Part shown: piece after piece, positions 24,771 to 38,989 of the stretch
Position numbering within the stretch: the first letter of the stretch is position 1
Layout of the letters: each line of letters opens with the position of its first letter
Assembly (NCBI RefSeq): GCF_036321535.1
Contig: NC_087472.1
Location: forward strand, 91,762,001 to 91,826,000
Source: Camelus dromedarius
Taxonomy: Eukaryota
Direction of reading: 5' to 3'
Length of the DNA: 64,000 nt
Translations under genes and position numbers: made by a program
Notes under the pieces: generated by a model
The model's database searches: none
What the model saw: the letters and a program-made list of their open reading frames with translations, nothing else
What the model was told of the DNA's origin: nothing

Positions 24771-25815
24771 AGAAACACGGGAGACTGTCTTCTTGGGGCT
24801 ATTTGTGTCTTTCAGGGCTGTGATATTATGCCAGATATTGTCTATCCTGAGTCAGTATCATTTTGACCTTTCTCTATATGTCCCAGAAACAGAAATCGTA
24901 GAGATCCATTTTCAGGATCCCTTGCCAGCAGGTCCCTAGCTTAGAAGACACCAGGGAAAAGGACTTGTGTGAAATTTGGAAAATGTGAAAAAGAAAAAGC
25001 CATTATTTTACCTCAAGAAGTTGCAGGCAAGGGCTGGGTTGAAACAGGCAGAGCTTTGGCAACAACTTCTCAGCATCTTCAAGGAATCTCCAGGGGCCTC
25101 GTGGCTCCTGTAGACACCTGAATTATCAGTGGTAGTCCTCTCTGATTGCTGCATTTTATGCTTCCCTGATGTTGGCAGCACTGCAAAGTTTGTGAAAACT
25201 TCTGTTTACCTGTATTAAAAATGTCTTCCAGCTAGAAATATTTATAATTATTTCCACCCACCTTCCTGACTTTACCTGTGACTTTATGAAGGAGGTGAAA
25301 GGATGTCCCCTCAAATAAGTGATACTGGACTTACAGGTAGGGACGGGAGCTGATCTTAGTCAACTTGGGGAAAATAATTAAATGTAACATTATTCCTACC
25401 TCGTATGCTGTGGAACAATTCATGCTTTTTGCATAATCAAAGTGCTATTTGTAGGGAATTTATTAAGGCAAGTGTTTGAAAGATATAGGTGATAATCCAC
25501 TATAGCATCTTCTAATATCAAAAATCTTTTAAAATGTCTCCCTTTACACAATAAACACCCATAACTGAGTTTTGTGCTCTAAGTGGCAATTCAGAACTGT
25601 TTGAGGCCAGTGAATAGCATAAACAACTACAAAACAGAATTGAGTATGCAACCACCTTCGTTGCAACCATTTCAGGATTTAAAGAGAGAATTTAAACGTA
25701 GGGAATAGTTAGAGAAGTAATTAGTCTCTGTAGTGACCAATCTTTACATTATTCATCTTTGACATCTATCATTTTTTTCAACCATTTCAACTAAAATAGA
25801 ACCCAGCCTAGCTCT

Positions 25816-25853
25816 TTGGAAGGCAGCTATGCTCACCACTATGTCACCAATGC
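25816..25853 (-). pseudogene. Tailless retropseudogene of the 5' half of tRNA-Gly(TCC)
   Basis: Minus strand GCATTGGTGACATAGTGGTGAGCATAGCTGCCTTCCAA closely matches the tRNA-Gly-TCC 5' half as I recall it (GCGTTGGTGGTATAGTGGTGAGCATAGCTGCCTTCCAA). Perfect 13-bp direct repeat CAGCCTAGCTCTT at 25804-25816 and 25857-25869; no poly(A). Confidence 0.88.
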
Positions 25854-25936
25854 CCTCAGCCTAGCTCTTGAAATGCAAAGTGGAACTGACTTCAGAAACA
25901 ATTGTTCCATTGTGTTCAAAATGAGGATTCCCTTAG

Positions 25937-26163
25937 GTGAAGAGGATTACAACTACAGACTTCCAGTTTTAAAATAAATAAGTCATAAGGATGTAATATA
26001 CAGCCTAAGGAATATAGTCAATAATACTGTAATAACTTTCTATGGTGACAGATGGTTACCTGATTTATTGTTGTGATCATTTTGTAATTTATTTAAATAT
26101 TGAATCATGTTGTACACCTGAAACAAAATAATATTGTACATCATCTATACTTCAATAAAAAAA
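25937..26163 (+). mobile_element. 5'-truncated L1 3' end
   Basis: acagacttccagttttaaaataaataagtcat..tgttgtacacctgaaac..tatacttcaataaaaaaa. Confidence 0.75.
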
Positions 26164-27224
26164 TGAGTGTACCCTGTAAAGCCCATTTTAACCTTGCTTA
26201 GTAGATTTTGCCATGGCAAGGGCAAATGGTGATGTGTGCAGTAGCGGACATAAGCAGGTTTTTTTTTCAACCACGAGAAACATGGGAAATCCCAAGAGTG
26301 TCTCGACTTATTAAAAGAATATATTCTAGTAAAGCTATTTAATGAATCTGCATTAACGTTACTAATACAGTGAAGAATCTGCAGTGCCTTAATACAGAGC
26401 CGCCCATATCCTGGTAACATTACTATTGCGGTGCAGAAATGTACCATTAAAATATGTGTAAGTGAAAAAAACAGCATAACTAAAACCCTTCCAATTCTCC
26501 TACTAAGAAAGACAAATGTTTTCTGGTATACTTCAGGCACCTGTGAACTTTCAATCTGTCGAATATAATCTAGCTGAAGACAGCAACCTGCACTGTGGTT
26601 GCAGCTGCCCAGAGAAATCTTCCCAAGGGAAGCATGTCATCCCCGCTGGAGGAAGTCTCTGTTATGGTAGACTAGCTGTTTTGAATGTTCTTGTGAACTA
26701 GAAACTCAAAAAAAATTGATCTTTCAAATTAGTCTTTTAGCCAGTGAAGTAACAAATTGACCTAAAATGACACTCAATTATTTACTGTCTTTTATCCAAG
26801 TCCTGATTATATAACACTATACTGAATTAAACTCAATAAGTATTTCTAGAATTCAGTGAATACATAAATGAATAGACTATCATCACATTGATGGATATGT
26901 TGAGCTATTTTGGAAATATATGGGAGCATTTTACACTTTAGAAAGTGAAGGAATTATAGATGTTATTCAGTACCACTAAGGAGACCATAATGCATGGTCT
27001 CCAAAACAATTTTTATAGTAGCAAGTGTTAGGTTAGAAGGGACATCTGGACAACAGGTGTCAACAGGCACTGTTCCAGGCAAACCAAGATGTATAATCTT
27101 TCTAAGCATTTGGTCACCCGCTCCAAGTTTGTTGCTAAAGTGTGAAACATAAAGGTAAGAGAAAGCAGAATCATTTCTAACATGATCTTACTGATTAAAA
27201 CACTATAGGCTTGAAATAGACCTT

Positions 27225-27680
27225 ATAGCATATGTTGTTTGGGTCAATCAAGAAGCAGACTTCGTACTCGAGTTGGGAGTGCAAGGGGTTTACTGGAGCG
27301 AGAAGGAAGATAATGCCAGTGAATGATGAAGGAGGGAGGAAGAGAGAATGGGAAAGGAAAGCTTTCAAACTCCTTTTTAGACCTGACACCTTTGACAAGA
27401 AAAGAGAGGAAACAGCATTGGTTAGGGAGTGACCACGATACGGCTCTAATTCTTAGCTGATCCAACGGGGAGCTCTGGAGCAAAGGTTTCCCACTAAAGG
27501 AGACCTGTCAGGACGTAGGGCCCCTGCCAGGCTCAGTCACTACCTGGGGCTGCTCAAGAATTGCTGGCCTCAGATCAAAAGCTAAGGCAAATAGGGAGAT
27601 CTGCACTCTTTGCAACTGAATGATCAGTTTTCTCCTGATGGAAAATCTGATTGGTGCATCTCCAATGGCTGCCTCACAGT
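27225..27680 (-). mobile_element. Probable ancient ERVL-class LTR remnant
   Basis: Purine-rich, LTR-like composition ending ctccaatggctgcctcaca. Family not identified. Confidence 0.35.
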
Positions 27681-29329
27681 GTATCAAATGCTATCTTCTT
27701 TGACAAATGAAGACACTGAAGTTCACAGGGATCTTTAAGCCAAATGGCCGATACAAGAACCTAGAGACACTGAAACACCACAGTGATATGTCTTCTTCAA
27801 AGAAACTTTTGGATAATACGACTTTCTGAGATCCCAAAGTAGTAAAATAATGTTTGATCACATAGCAAGCAAGAGGCAGAGCCGAGAGGCAGACCTTGGT
27901 TTAACTAACTCCAAAGACCATCATTTTACCACTAAGCCAGCAGGGTGGGGGAAAACTGATTTGTCAAAACAAAGCCTTTTAGAGATAACTTCCAGGCCTT
28001 CTATCCACTAAGATTCTGCTCACCTCTTCTTACTCTTTCTGTTCAGACGAGTTAGTGAAGGAGGGGTAAAAACACTTTTTGGATTGGTGGAGAGTAGAAC
28101 TGTAAACCGTTTAAATATAGATGTCATTTTTCATCTAAAAAAATGATTTGTACCCTAAAAGGGGGGATAATGTCCTTTCAGTCAGTCTCTAAGTATTGTA
28201 AACTAATGAAGGTCTTTCCAAGGATCTGGATTTGGGGGACACCTCAAATACCCACAGATCTACCAGCATTTGTCTTTTTGGAGTTGCTGGAGGGTGGGCA
28301 GGCTGTTTTCTCAAGACTAATTGTGCCTGGGTGAGGGAGACTGTTGAGATTCTAAGAGCTGACTGTAATTCCCCAGTTCAACCTCTACAGAGCTCACAGA
28401 TTGTTTACCTGAGTGTATAGCCAGGGAACATCAGTATTAAACAGAGGACAAGTAATGTGCGTATAGATATACACTTATGTGTGTGTGTGTGGTGGGTGGC
28501 TCTCAATTTTTACTCTAAATTTAACCAGAAAAAACTGCTTTCAGCTATTCTAAGTCATGGGCTCTACCAAAAAGTTCATTTGGAAATTTAAAGAGGGAAT
28601 TCCATTGCTTTTTAGTTAAAATAATACTAAGGATTTGGGAAAATGCCTAAATTACAAGATCCTATGTCTCGTCCAGCTCTGAAACGTCAATACATACAGC
28701 ATTCTATCTGTGAGTCTGGGGAGAAATGCCCCCGTTTTTTACGCTTGACCCGTGTGATCTGAGAAACTAATTTTGGCACTTGAGGTAGTTGCAGGCGTAT
28801 TACAGCAGGTAAAGAGCTGCTGACTCTCTTTCTGAGTAGGGTCAGGTCTGGGAGGAGAGAGAAAAGAACTGAAGGTGCATTGGGTGTACAAGAGCATGAA
28901 GAATGTGGCAGCTGCTGCAGGAGCTGTGTGAGATAATTGAGCAAAACCACTGAACTGCACCGCAACCTGCTTTCCCCGTTATTTTTCAGATGCTGATACC
29001 TGAATATTGAACTGGGGGAGTTTAAATAGAAGAAATTTTATACTAAGATGATTTAACACAAAGATTTGATATAAGATTATTTAAAAAGCTGAGGTGACTG
29101 CTCTATTCATTTATAAACGGGCTTCTCAGCATAGTGACTAGTGTACAGTATGCAATAAATATTTTTAAGTTAATGAGAGTATATCTGAGTAGAAGTCACA
29201 TTCATTCTATAAGAAGCAGCTATTTCCCTTGAACTTGTGCTTCAGTTTGGGAGTGATATACACTTTAGAAAGGTAAAAGGAGATTAGATGATTAGACTGG
29301 CTTGGCTTGGCTTGGATTAGATTAGATTA

Positions 29330-29778
29330 GAAGCCAAAAAGATAGGTTGATGTTCCAAGTGGTAAATATTAGTGGACTCACATCTTTACCCCTACCTTCC
29401 TTTTGATTCTGACTTCTGAGTTTGAACATATGATATGCTTTGGACAATGAGATATTATCAGAGGCTTGGGAAAGCACTTTTGTGATTCTCTGCTCATGGT
29501 TTTGTTCTTCTGTCATCGCCCAGAGAACAGGCCCAGGCTTCTGAGCTGGAAGATAAACAACCCTGGTGTAGAGCTAAGTCTCTCCAGTCACCCTAGCCAA
29601 GGCTGTCCTAGATTAGCCACCAGTCAGCCAAACCCTAGACATGTGAGTGAGCCCAGCCAAGATCAACAGAGCGGCCTAACTGATCACCCCAGATACATGA
29701 GCAGTAAATATTTGTTTTTGCATGCCACTAAGGTTTTCTGGTTGTTTGTTACACAGCACTGGTATGGCAAATGATTAC
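29330..29778 (+). mobile_element. MaLR LTR remnant (MLT1-like)
   Basis: agacatgtgagtgagcccagccaagatca; tgccactaaggttttctggttgtttgttacacagca. Confidence 0.6.
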
Positions 29779-29812
29779 AAGTATGTTCCAACTTCAAGAT
29801 TACCGCTCGTGA

Positions 29813-30095
29813 GACACAGAAAACAAATTGTGGTTACCAAAGGGGAAAGGGCAGGGAGGGATAAATTAGGGGCTGGGGATTAACAGACATACATTACTAT
29901 ATATAAAATAGGTAAACAACAAGGACTTACTGTATAGCACAGGGAACTATATTCAAATTCTTGTAATAACATATAATGGAAAAGAATCTGAAAAGAAAAA
30001 ATATATGTGTATGTATATGTATAATTGAATCACTTTGCTGTACACTTGAAACTAACATTGTAAATTAACTACACTTCAATAAACATTTTTTTAAA
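29813..30095 (+). mobile_element. 5'-truncated L1 3' end
   Basis: L1 3' UTR motifs (tggttaccaaaggggaaa; actgtatagcacagggaactatattcaa). 17-bp TSD AAGATTACC(G/A)CTCGTGA at 29796-29812 and 30096-30112. Confidence 0.88.
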
Positions 30096-30400
30096 AAGAT
30101 TACCACTCGTGATATTTTAGGCAAGTGTTTTACCTTTGTAAGCCTCAGTTTATCCAGCTGTAAAACAGAAATAATATTACCCCTTCTCACCTCATCAAGT
30201 TGTTGTTTAGATCAAATTAGAAAATGTCATAATACAAGTGGAAGTTCTTTTCAAAAAGGTAAAATATGCTCCAAATTTATTTATTATCACTTATTTTATT
30301 ACAGAGCAACCACCACATAGTCCTATCTCCCTTTTTTTCTAGTGATGATTAGAGGCTTCTCTTACTACCTTGTGCAATCCATCACATTTCCTTTTCTCTT

Positions 30401-30531
30401 TAATGTTTTTTTTGGAGGGGGGCCATTTAGGTTTTTATTTATTTATTCATTTTAATGAAGGTTCTGGGTATTAACCCAGCACCTCATGCATGCAAAGCAC
30501 ATGCTCTAACACTGAGCTATGCCACCCTGCC
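30401..30531 (-). mobile_element. tRNA-derived SINE, camelid Vic-1-like (more diverged copy)
   Basis: Minus strand GCATAGCTCAGTGTTAGAGCATGTGCTTTGCATGCATGAGGTGCTGGGTTAATACCCAG plus A-rich tail. Imperfect 16-bp TSD at 30385-30400 and 30532-30547. Confidence 0.75.
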
Positions 30532-32230
30532 CATTTCCCTCTCTCTTATCTGATAGGTGTGGCAAATTGTGTGTGTAAGTATACACTCTCAGCAGAAGCC
30601 AATCACAGCTATGGACTTTTCCCATCTTCTTAGAGTCAGTGATGTTTTATCTTATGTTGGAATTGTTGCCAGTGTCAGGCTGTGAATAATGACCTGCTCA
30701 TCAGCATCAGTATTGTTGCAGTAATTCCATCTGGATCTGTTTTGACCTGTAGTTTCCAAGCTTTTTTCATAAAAGGCCCCCTTTATTCAAACAGTCACCA
30801 ATGCCAGTGAGAGCTTCTGATCCACATAAGACTATTCCATGCCTGAATTAATAAGATTTCAGCACCAAACAAAGCATATTAGTGTTTTCATTAATCTTTC
30901 AAGCACTTTCCTGGATAGAGGTACCATTTTAATTAGATTTTAAAATAGTGAAATATATTAAAATATTGTTTGAAAACCTCAGGATCTCCATTACTAATTC
31001 CACATAACCCCTTGGGGGTTCAGAGTTTGGGATCCAGAGCTGTAGATGTAGTTTCTCACTGGCCCCTTCTGGGATTGCACAGGATTATTTTTATGTGACA
31101 AGAGTGAAACAGAATCATTGAATTTTAGACCTACAAGGAATTTTAGAGATAGCTCATTATGCACAAAAAGAGACTCAGGTTCTAAGTTGCTGAATGCCAG
31201 TGAAAACTTTATACAATCAGTGAGAGAACCAGTCAGAACTGTAACTCAGGCCCTTTATTTAATGCCACTTTCAGAGGCACTACAGGAGGGTCTTGAGACT
31301 CTTTCTGCCAATTTAGAAATTCATTTGCTAAATCTGAGTATCTAATTACTAAGAAAGTTAAAAAAACAAAAGCAAAATCAGCAACTGTCCACAAACGATA
31401 GCCTGTAAACTTTAGACTCTTAGCTCTCATTTCCCTTCAGAATGAGTGAACAGTCTGATGTCTATAACTCTAAACCAACCTAACTTTCCAGATTTTATAT
31501 GTTTATCTTTGAATAGACTTGTTTTTCTTCCTGAATTCCATTAAGCCACCTTCTACTCCCATCCCCACAACCACCACCACGTACACCAGCTTCTGTCCTT
31601 AGTTCAACTTTCTGGCTAGGCATTTTTCTTCGAACAGGCCATCCATTCCCATGCGCCCTCACCCTCCCTTCCCTGAGGAAATTTCTCACAAAGTTTCACA
31701 CATAGGCAAGTACTGTCTCCCAAAATCCGCTGGAGCCTCCCTGACACTCTGCTTGATTTCCTGTGGCTGAAATTCCATAGAACCCTCCAGCTCAGCTGAT
31801 TTACAACCAATATAGTCACTGCTCCTCTGCTGACAAGACAGGGTCTCTGGCTTGATCCTCCTGCATAATCTTTGAAGAGTGGCTCTCTCCTGCCCCATAC
31901 ATCTCATCTGTTGAGACATTTTTCTTTGACCACACTCTGGGCCAGATGATTATCTCCTCAAAATGAACTAGTGAAAAATTCTTACCTAGTTTTTCTATCT
32001 CGGGTCTCTCCCTCCTGCACCTCATCTAAAACATGTCTTTCATATTAATCTTGTGAAAACATTAGTGTCATTGAACAAACCTCTCCAATCCTCAAATTGA
32101 TTCCTTATCTGTCTGTCTCTGTGTCTGAGTAGGGGAATTAATTAAAACCATGCATTTCCTGGCCCCAACCTCTTTGCTGTCTTATTTCCCAATGATGCAA
32201 ACTAGCAAGTCATTGCCTCAATTGGTCTAT

Positions 32231-32555
32231 TAGAGTCAGCAAACTATGGCCTGCAGAACAAATCTAACTCATCACCTGTTTTTGTATGGTCTACAGAGTG
32301 GCTTTTCCATGACTAAATTGCTAGAAAAAAAATCCCAAAGTAGAATATTTTGTGACATGTAAAAATTACAGGAAATTCCGCATTCATCAAATACATTTTA
32401 CAGTGACACAGTGGTATTCATTGGTTTACCCATTCTCTATGGCTGCTTTTATGCTTCAGTGGTAGAGATGAGTAGCTACAGCAGAGATCATATGCCCCCA
32501 AAGTCCCGAATATTTACTATCTGGCCATGTAGAGAAAAAGTCTGTCAAGCTCTTG
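32231..32555. mobile_element. hAT-Charlie DNA transposon remnant (MER58-like)
   Basis: gtcagcaaactatggcc..cctgtttttgta..aatatttactatctggcc..agaaaaagtctgtcaa. Confidence 0.7.
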
Positions 32556-34209
32556 TGTATGTGCCGTTCTCTGAAACTGTACCTCTGTGGCCATATACAT
32601 GCCATTTAGTCTTGTTAAGGAAAAGTATTCAAAACAAAAGAATGACTGCATGTCATTTTAATGACATGGTGAAGTATTGCCTGACAGGCTTACCCAATGA
32701 TTATTTAATTCCCTAGAGGATTTACCTTTGTTTGATTTACTGTTTACTATTGATCAGGATCCAGACTCTGAAGTTACATGTTAACTTGTAAATTTCTATT
32801 TAGGAGGACAGACTACTCCAAAAGGTATGGTTTTATTACTCTGTAGGGTATTAATTTTTCATCTATCAGCAAATGCAATTCAGCATTCCTTGGACTTATT
32901 GAGTGTCTATATAAATCTGTTTTTTAAACTCTCCTTTGAAGCATTTTTACCATCCTGCTGGTTCTCTCATTAATGAGTTAAATTTCTGATACATATGCAT
33001 TCTGTATTTGTGTGTGTCACGGTTTTTAGCATTTTGAAAATTATACTTTGATCCACTGTTTGTAATTCCCTGTGCACATCTCAAATCTTGGCCTCCAAGT
33101 CCCATGTCAAATGGCACTTAATGTTGCCTTTTGTTGATAACACTAGTTTAAACTGATCACTTTCACGGTATTTATCTTCTTAATGGACATATAATTTCTC
33201 TTACAGATCCTAAGATTTTTAAAGTCAGTGAGTACATCTTTTTTATAAGACTGAATTCTCAAAGTGCCTTGGTCATGTAAAAACTCATTGTTTGTAGGAT
33301 GAATGAGCTTAAAATGCATTCTAAAGAAAGACTGTTGTATAAAAAAACAAATTGTCATTTTTCATATTAGAAGGGAAAGAATAGAGAAGACAGTGCAGGC
33401 CAATAATACAGAGCATTCTAAGTGTTTGTTTGGCATAAATTAAGTAGAAAATTAGATAAAGAACTGTCCCTAGGTTGCAGTGAATCAAGACAATGATAAA
33501 TTGCCTACATTTAGAGTATTCAGATTTCTTCTCTTAAATGTTAGCAAGAATATTGCACATGATAAGGCAGGTCTCATCCATGTAAATATAATTATCAGCT
33601 TCTCATATACTGAACATTGATGGAGCAGATTCCCAACCTGTATACAGCACTGAAACATGAATTTGTTCTGTCCTTATTTCGCCTTTATTTGGAACTTAAC
33701 CACTGTATAATGATTATTTTACAGTGATTAACTTCTAAATAAAGGAGAATTAAATCATCAAATCCAGAGCTCAAAAACACTTTCTACTTAGTAGTTCAGG
33801 TGTAGAGCTAAGTTATTCTAATATTTCCCTGAGCATCTAATAGATTCTAAATGGTGTTTTTGCATGTTTGAAAAATTTTACCTGTACATAAGTTGTTAGG
33901 AAAATGTTAAGGCATTGGCAAACACACAGGAAAGAAAAATTACTCATAACCCTACCTCTAAAACTGTTCTCAGTTAATCTCCATTGACTAGCCTTTGAAG
34001 TAGGCACTAGCATCCTTATTTTGTTGATGATGACCCTGAGAATCCAAGAAGCTCTGGACTTCATTCTGCTGATATTCTAATGAATTCAAGATTATGGTGC
34101 TAGAATCATATTTGAGAAACCATTTGAACTGAATCACAGAAAAGAAATGTGATTTTAGCAAAATCTGCTATCAGGACTTCCATTTTCCTTAAGTTACAGC
34201 TGACCATCT

Positions 34210-34770
34210 TGTGGTATGCATCTTTCTAAGTTGACCAGCAATGATCCCCATTTCCTAATATTTACACCCTTGTGTAATCACCTCCTGTTGAGTGTGACCC
34301 AGACATAGTGACCTGCTCCTAATGAATAGAATACAGCAAAGGTGATGGAATATTATATCCATGACTAGGTTATGAAGGATTATGACTTCCTACTCTCTCT
34401 CTTGCTTGCCATCCCAGCTACCTCACTTTGATAAAGCCTGCTGCCATGTGGGAATGGCCCATATGGCAAGGAACTGAGAAAAACCTCTGTTCAACAGCCA
34501 GTGAGAAAATGAGTCACTCAAAACAATCCAGCAAGAAACAGAATCCTGTCAGCAACTATGTGGTCGAGCTTAGAAGCAGACTCTTCCTCGATTGAGCCTT
34601 CAGATAAGAACACAGAGCCAAAAAATACCTTCATTGTAATTCTGTGCTAGACTCTGAGACACTGGAACCAGCTAAGCTCTTCCCAAATGCTACAGAAAAT
34701 GGGAGATAAATGAATGTTGTTTGATGCTCTGAGTCTTGGGGTAATTTTAATGCAGCAATAGATAGCTCAT
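34210..34770 (+). mobile_element. MaLR LTR (MLT1-like)
   Basis: tgtggta start; atagaatacagcaaaggtgatgg; ccatatggcaaggaactgag; taatgcagcaatagatagct end. Confidence 0.7.
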
Positions 34771-37700
34771 ATATTTTCCCCGTGCACAAACGTGGTATTC
34801 CCATTCCTCTAATCAATATATCTGGTATTCAGGTTCATCACCTTCTTCTAGTAAACTATATCATAAAACAATTTAATAGATTGATTTAAATCAAGCCACC
34901 CTTACTTCACCCAAGGTATTTGTACTTTAATTGAACATGGGCTTTTAGATTAAGCAATGGAACCTCCAGGGTTGGAATTTTAGGCATTACTAAGCTGAAG
35001 GGACAGTGGATTTTTATATTTCCCTGTCTGAGAGTCAGACTGTACTGGAGTGGTTAGGGCCTCAGGGTGGTTGATTTCTCCTAAGAGACAAAAGCTGGTT
35101 ACTCTAATGCCATAGGGAGTATCATAGGATTCTCTCTCATTCTCTATGTTTTGGTTTATTTGAACTGGTTCCCCTGGAAACATTGAAGACTACAAGACAA
35201 ATTTAGGCTGAAGGTGTAGGAGGGTGGGATTTATGTATCAAAACTGGAAAGAGCATTTACAGAGGAAACATTCATTCATTGGAAGTCCCTAGTGATGTCA
35301 AAACACAAATCTCAATGAAAAATCATCTCTGGTTGGCTAATTTTGGAGCTTTCTAGGCACCTCTGATTCCATGCTATACATGCAACCATGGACTTGAATT
35401 CAAGAAATGTATTTTTATTGGGAATTATTGCAGTATTACTTGATTAATTTTGAAGAGCACTGCCACTTAAAGGAAGATTGGAAATTTTGCACCCCATCTC
35501 CAGAGGCAGCCCGACTTTAATGGCTGGTCTATACTGGATTATAAGTGACTGGCACCTTTGTCATAATATGCGACAACTAAAGAACCATCCCAACTTCACA
35601 GTACCCCATGGATGTCAGCTGATTTCTTCCTCTGACTACAGATTAAAATCCAAATTTTACGCCCTCTCCTTATCTCCAGCAGACAGTAGGGCAAGGACAG
35701 AAAATCACAAATTAAAAAAATTATATTTGGCAAAGAGAAGGATGAGAAACAGAGGGGTTACTGGTTTTTGGAAATTCTGAAATCCTGGTAGGCAACATTA
35801 TCAAGATTCCAGCACTCCACCACCATAAATTGGGACTTCTGTGACACTGAGCTACTGCTGAGAAGAACAGTCCAGTTAATAGTTTATACTTTTCTGGCCC
35901 GCTCACTTCAGATGCCAACAAATGCCCAGTTTTGACTTCATAGAGTATGGGCGGAAGTAATATATCACTTAGCAATGATGTAGAGGTGGGCTTAGCAATG
36001 GGCCTTTTAGCAATGACCTAGAGGTGGACTCCTGCACATTCATAGCCTGTCTAAGACCTAGGGGATGGTAGAGCTATAAAACAGAAAAATCTCAACAATT
36101 AGGATTATGTCTTGGCTGACCAGAAACTCCCACAGCAATAAAATTTAAGTGAGTTAAGACACTGGATATGTTAAAACTGCAGCACGTAGCATTACATAAC
36201 CCACCTAGGTACCTTCTACGTGTCATATCAATGTATATAAACTTAATATTCACAAAACATTATGTGGCAGATATTATTTCTGTTTTACAGGTGAAAAATA
36301 CTGAGGCTCAAATAGATTAAAATTAATTTGACAAAGGTCCATAAAAAGTTGAGAAGCCAGGATTCAAAATTATGTTTTCCCCATTAAAAGCTTATGCCAC
36401 TTTAAAAAAATACATCATGTGAGTTTTCATTAAAAATATGGGGAAAAAGGAAAAGAAAGAGGAGAAATATAATTAGGAGGAGGCAGAACAGAATGAGAAG
36501 GAAGGAGAGTGGCTGTGTTTGTGAGGATGCCAACTTCAAGTGTGTACTTCCAGTAGTGTGGTGTTTTAGAACCCCTGGGTAAGGCTGTCAGTGGCATGTT
36601 CAGTAGACTATAGATTATTAAACACAGTTTAAAATGAAGAGAAAGAAAGGGTTCAAGTAGCTGAGAACTGATACCATCTTTTCACTCTAAAGGAATCATT
36701 GTACTAATTTACCCTTTAACCTATAGTAAATAAGCACACCCATTTCCTCATCTCCTCATGACCTCATCAACACTCGGTGCCTCACTTAGTATCTGTAGAT
36801 TCATTTGCATTTGTCAATATTTCTGAAAGAAATTATTTCAAAATTTTAAGTAAATATTCCCCTTTCTTGAACTGGGCATTTTCTTTGTAACATGAGTGAA
36901 TTACTCCCACAAGCCTCTACCTTTATCCTTTTATAATCATAACCCATATTTACTTTGAAAATCATCCACAGAATGAAATGGCTGAGCCCAATTTCAAACA
37001 AAACTTTGATCTGTATGATCACAGATTTGGGCCACTCTCCTTAAAGGTGTCTCAATTTAATGGCAATTGTATTGCATTTGGAAACTCTCTGGGGCACATG
37101 TGGCATTTTGCTAAGACTTCCGGCAGCAGAGCCACATGTAGTTCAGTTGATAATACATACTTCTTGATGGAGGAGTTCGGAGAGACTATTTAATTGTGCT
37201 TTCTATTACTTGCTGCTGTGTACAAAAGAGCCAAGTAGGGAAGGTTCATCTTTTCCTCTCTAAGGTGCTGATTTGCATTTAAACATTCCATGGATGCTCT
37301 CCCAGTTGCAGCTCAGTGGCTAATGTTTAAGCACATATTTGCATTTGAAAAAAAAATTGTGAAAAAGAGAAAAATATACATTTGACCAAAGAAATGCTAA
37401 TGAGAATTTAACATAGCTTCAACTTTTCCACTCTTGTACAAAGTGTTAGTATGACCTCTTGGCTAGAGAACTACCTATGGTTCGTTCCCAGTTCTGGGGA
37501 CTTTATGTAGGACATAACTGAACTCTATATGTTTTAGAATATTTATCTATGGAGTGATCCCTGGGGATTTTGCTGATGGAGGTTTGGCATTAGTTCATTA
37601 CTAGCAAAAGAAAACCATAATATAAAGCTTCCTCTAGCTAGTTCTCTGTTCTCCAGTAAGCAGAGTAAGTGAGTTTTGACTAAGATAAGAAAGAACTCTA

Positions 37701-37939
37701 GTAAAGCTGGGGTGGGGGAAGGGAGAGGAAGAGAAGGTTTTCTGCTTGTATGTTTTGTTATATTTAAACTTAGTGGCATTGGTGACCATTTGAGATTAGA
37801 CAGTTTTGTTTAGATACTGAAGGCAGCTGTGGACTTCATGTCTTTTAAAGGCCAACCATGTGGTAGTTTCATGAGGTGGGACCATGTCCTGGACACTGGG
37901 GGTTCAGTCCCATACATCCTGTCTGTCTTGTTGATTTTG

Positions 37940-38450
37940 TGGTAGTCAGTCTCCAAAGATGGCCTCCGAGAACAAAGCCTTCTGGAATTCAGGTGTTGGC
38001 GTGGTCCTCTCCCACAATCAATCACAAAGAATCTGACTTCACTCACTTTAACCAATAGAATGTGGTGAAAGACAGGCTGACCCTTAAGAAGGTCTGGTTG
38101 CCTTCACTTTGGCACTTTCGGGAAACTGGAGCTGCCATGCATGAAGTCTAGTATTCAGTTGGAGAGACCACATTGCAGAGACGTTGTGGGAGGAGCCAAG
38201 TGGAGTGCAGAGGCCCTGGACTACGTGAGAAAGGAGAGAAACTCAGCCATCGTAGCATTTCAGTTTACCCTCCATATGGCTCCATTCCCAGTGGTAATGT
38301 GACCACAGCTGCATGAGAGTTCCTAAATGAGACCAGCAGTACATCTGCACAGCTGATCCCAGTCTATTCACATGAGAGATAATAAAATGTTTATTGCTTC
38401 AAATCGCTGGCTTTTGGGGTGGTTTGTCACATAACAATAGAGAACTAAAT
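37940..38450 (+). mobile_element. MaLR LTR (MLT1-like)
   Basis: tgtggtagtcagtctccaaagatggc; taaccaatagaatgtggtgaa; ttttggggtggtttgtcacataacaatag. Confidence 0.65.
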
Positions 38451-38989
38451 CAATGCACTTCTCTCAGGCCACCTTCCCCCTGTTTCCCCTTCCCGACTCT
38501 TCCCTTGCACGTCATGGTGAGGTGAGAGGTGAGAGACTATTGCACTGGTTCTTGCCCTGATATGTGGGCATTACACATCCATCTTTGGTCCTCTCCTTCC
38601 CTCATCCCCAAGAACCATATAGACTCTAACTAGCCCATGGTTCTGATAGAGCTTAGCAAGTCCATAAGCTGAGTATATGTTTTTGGTTTGGTTTTTCTTA
38701 TAGCTGATTTGGTGAAATACTTAGAGATTTGAGAATTAATGCTCTTAAATACAACCTATTAAAACCCTTCCTGGACATCAGTGATAAACTGTGACTCAAA
38801 GGTGTTTTGGACATTAAAAAAGATGGAATGAAAAGTTACCACACATATTTTCATTTTACATTAAGACAACCAGAATTTTAAAATCGAATCTCCAACCTGC
38901 TTTCGATAATACTGGCTACCATTTACTTATCACCTATTATGTACTATGCTTTCTATATATTACTTCTAACCTGTATTCACAATGACCCA

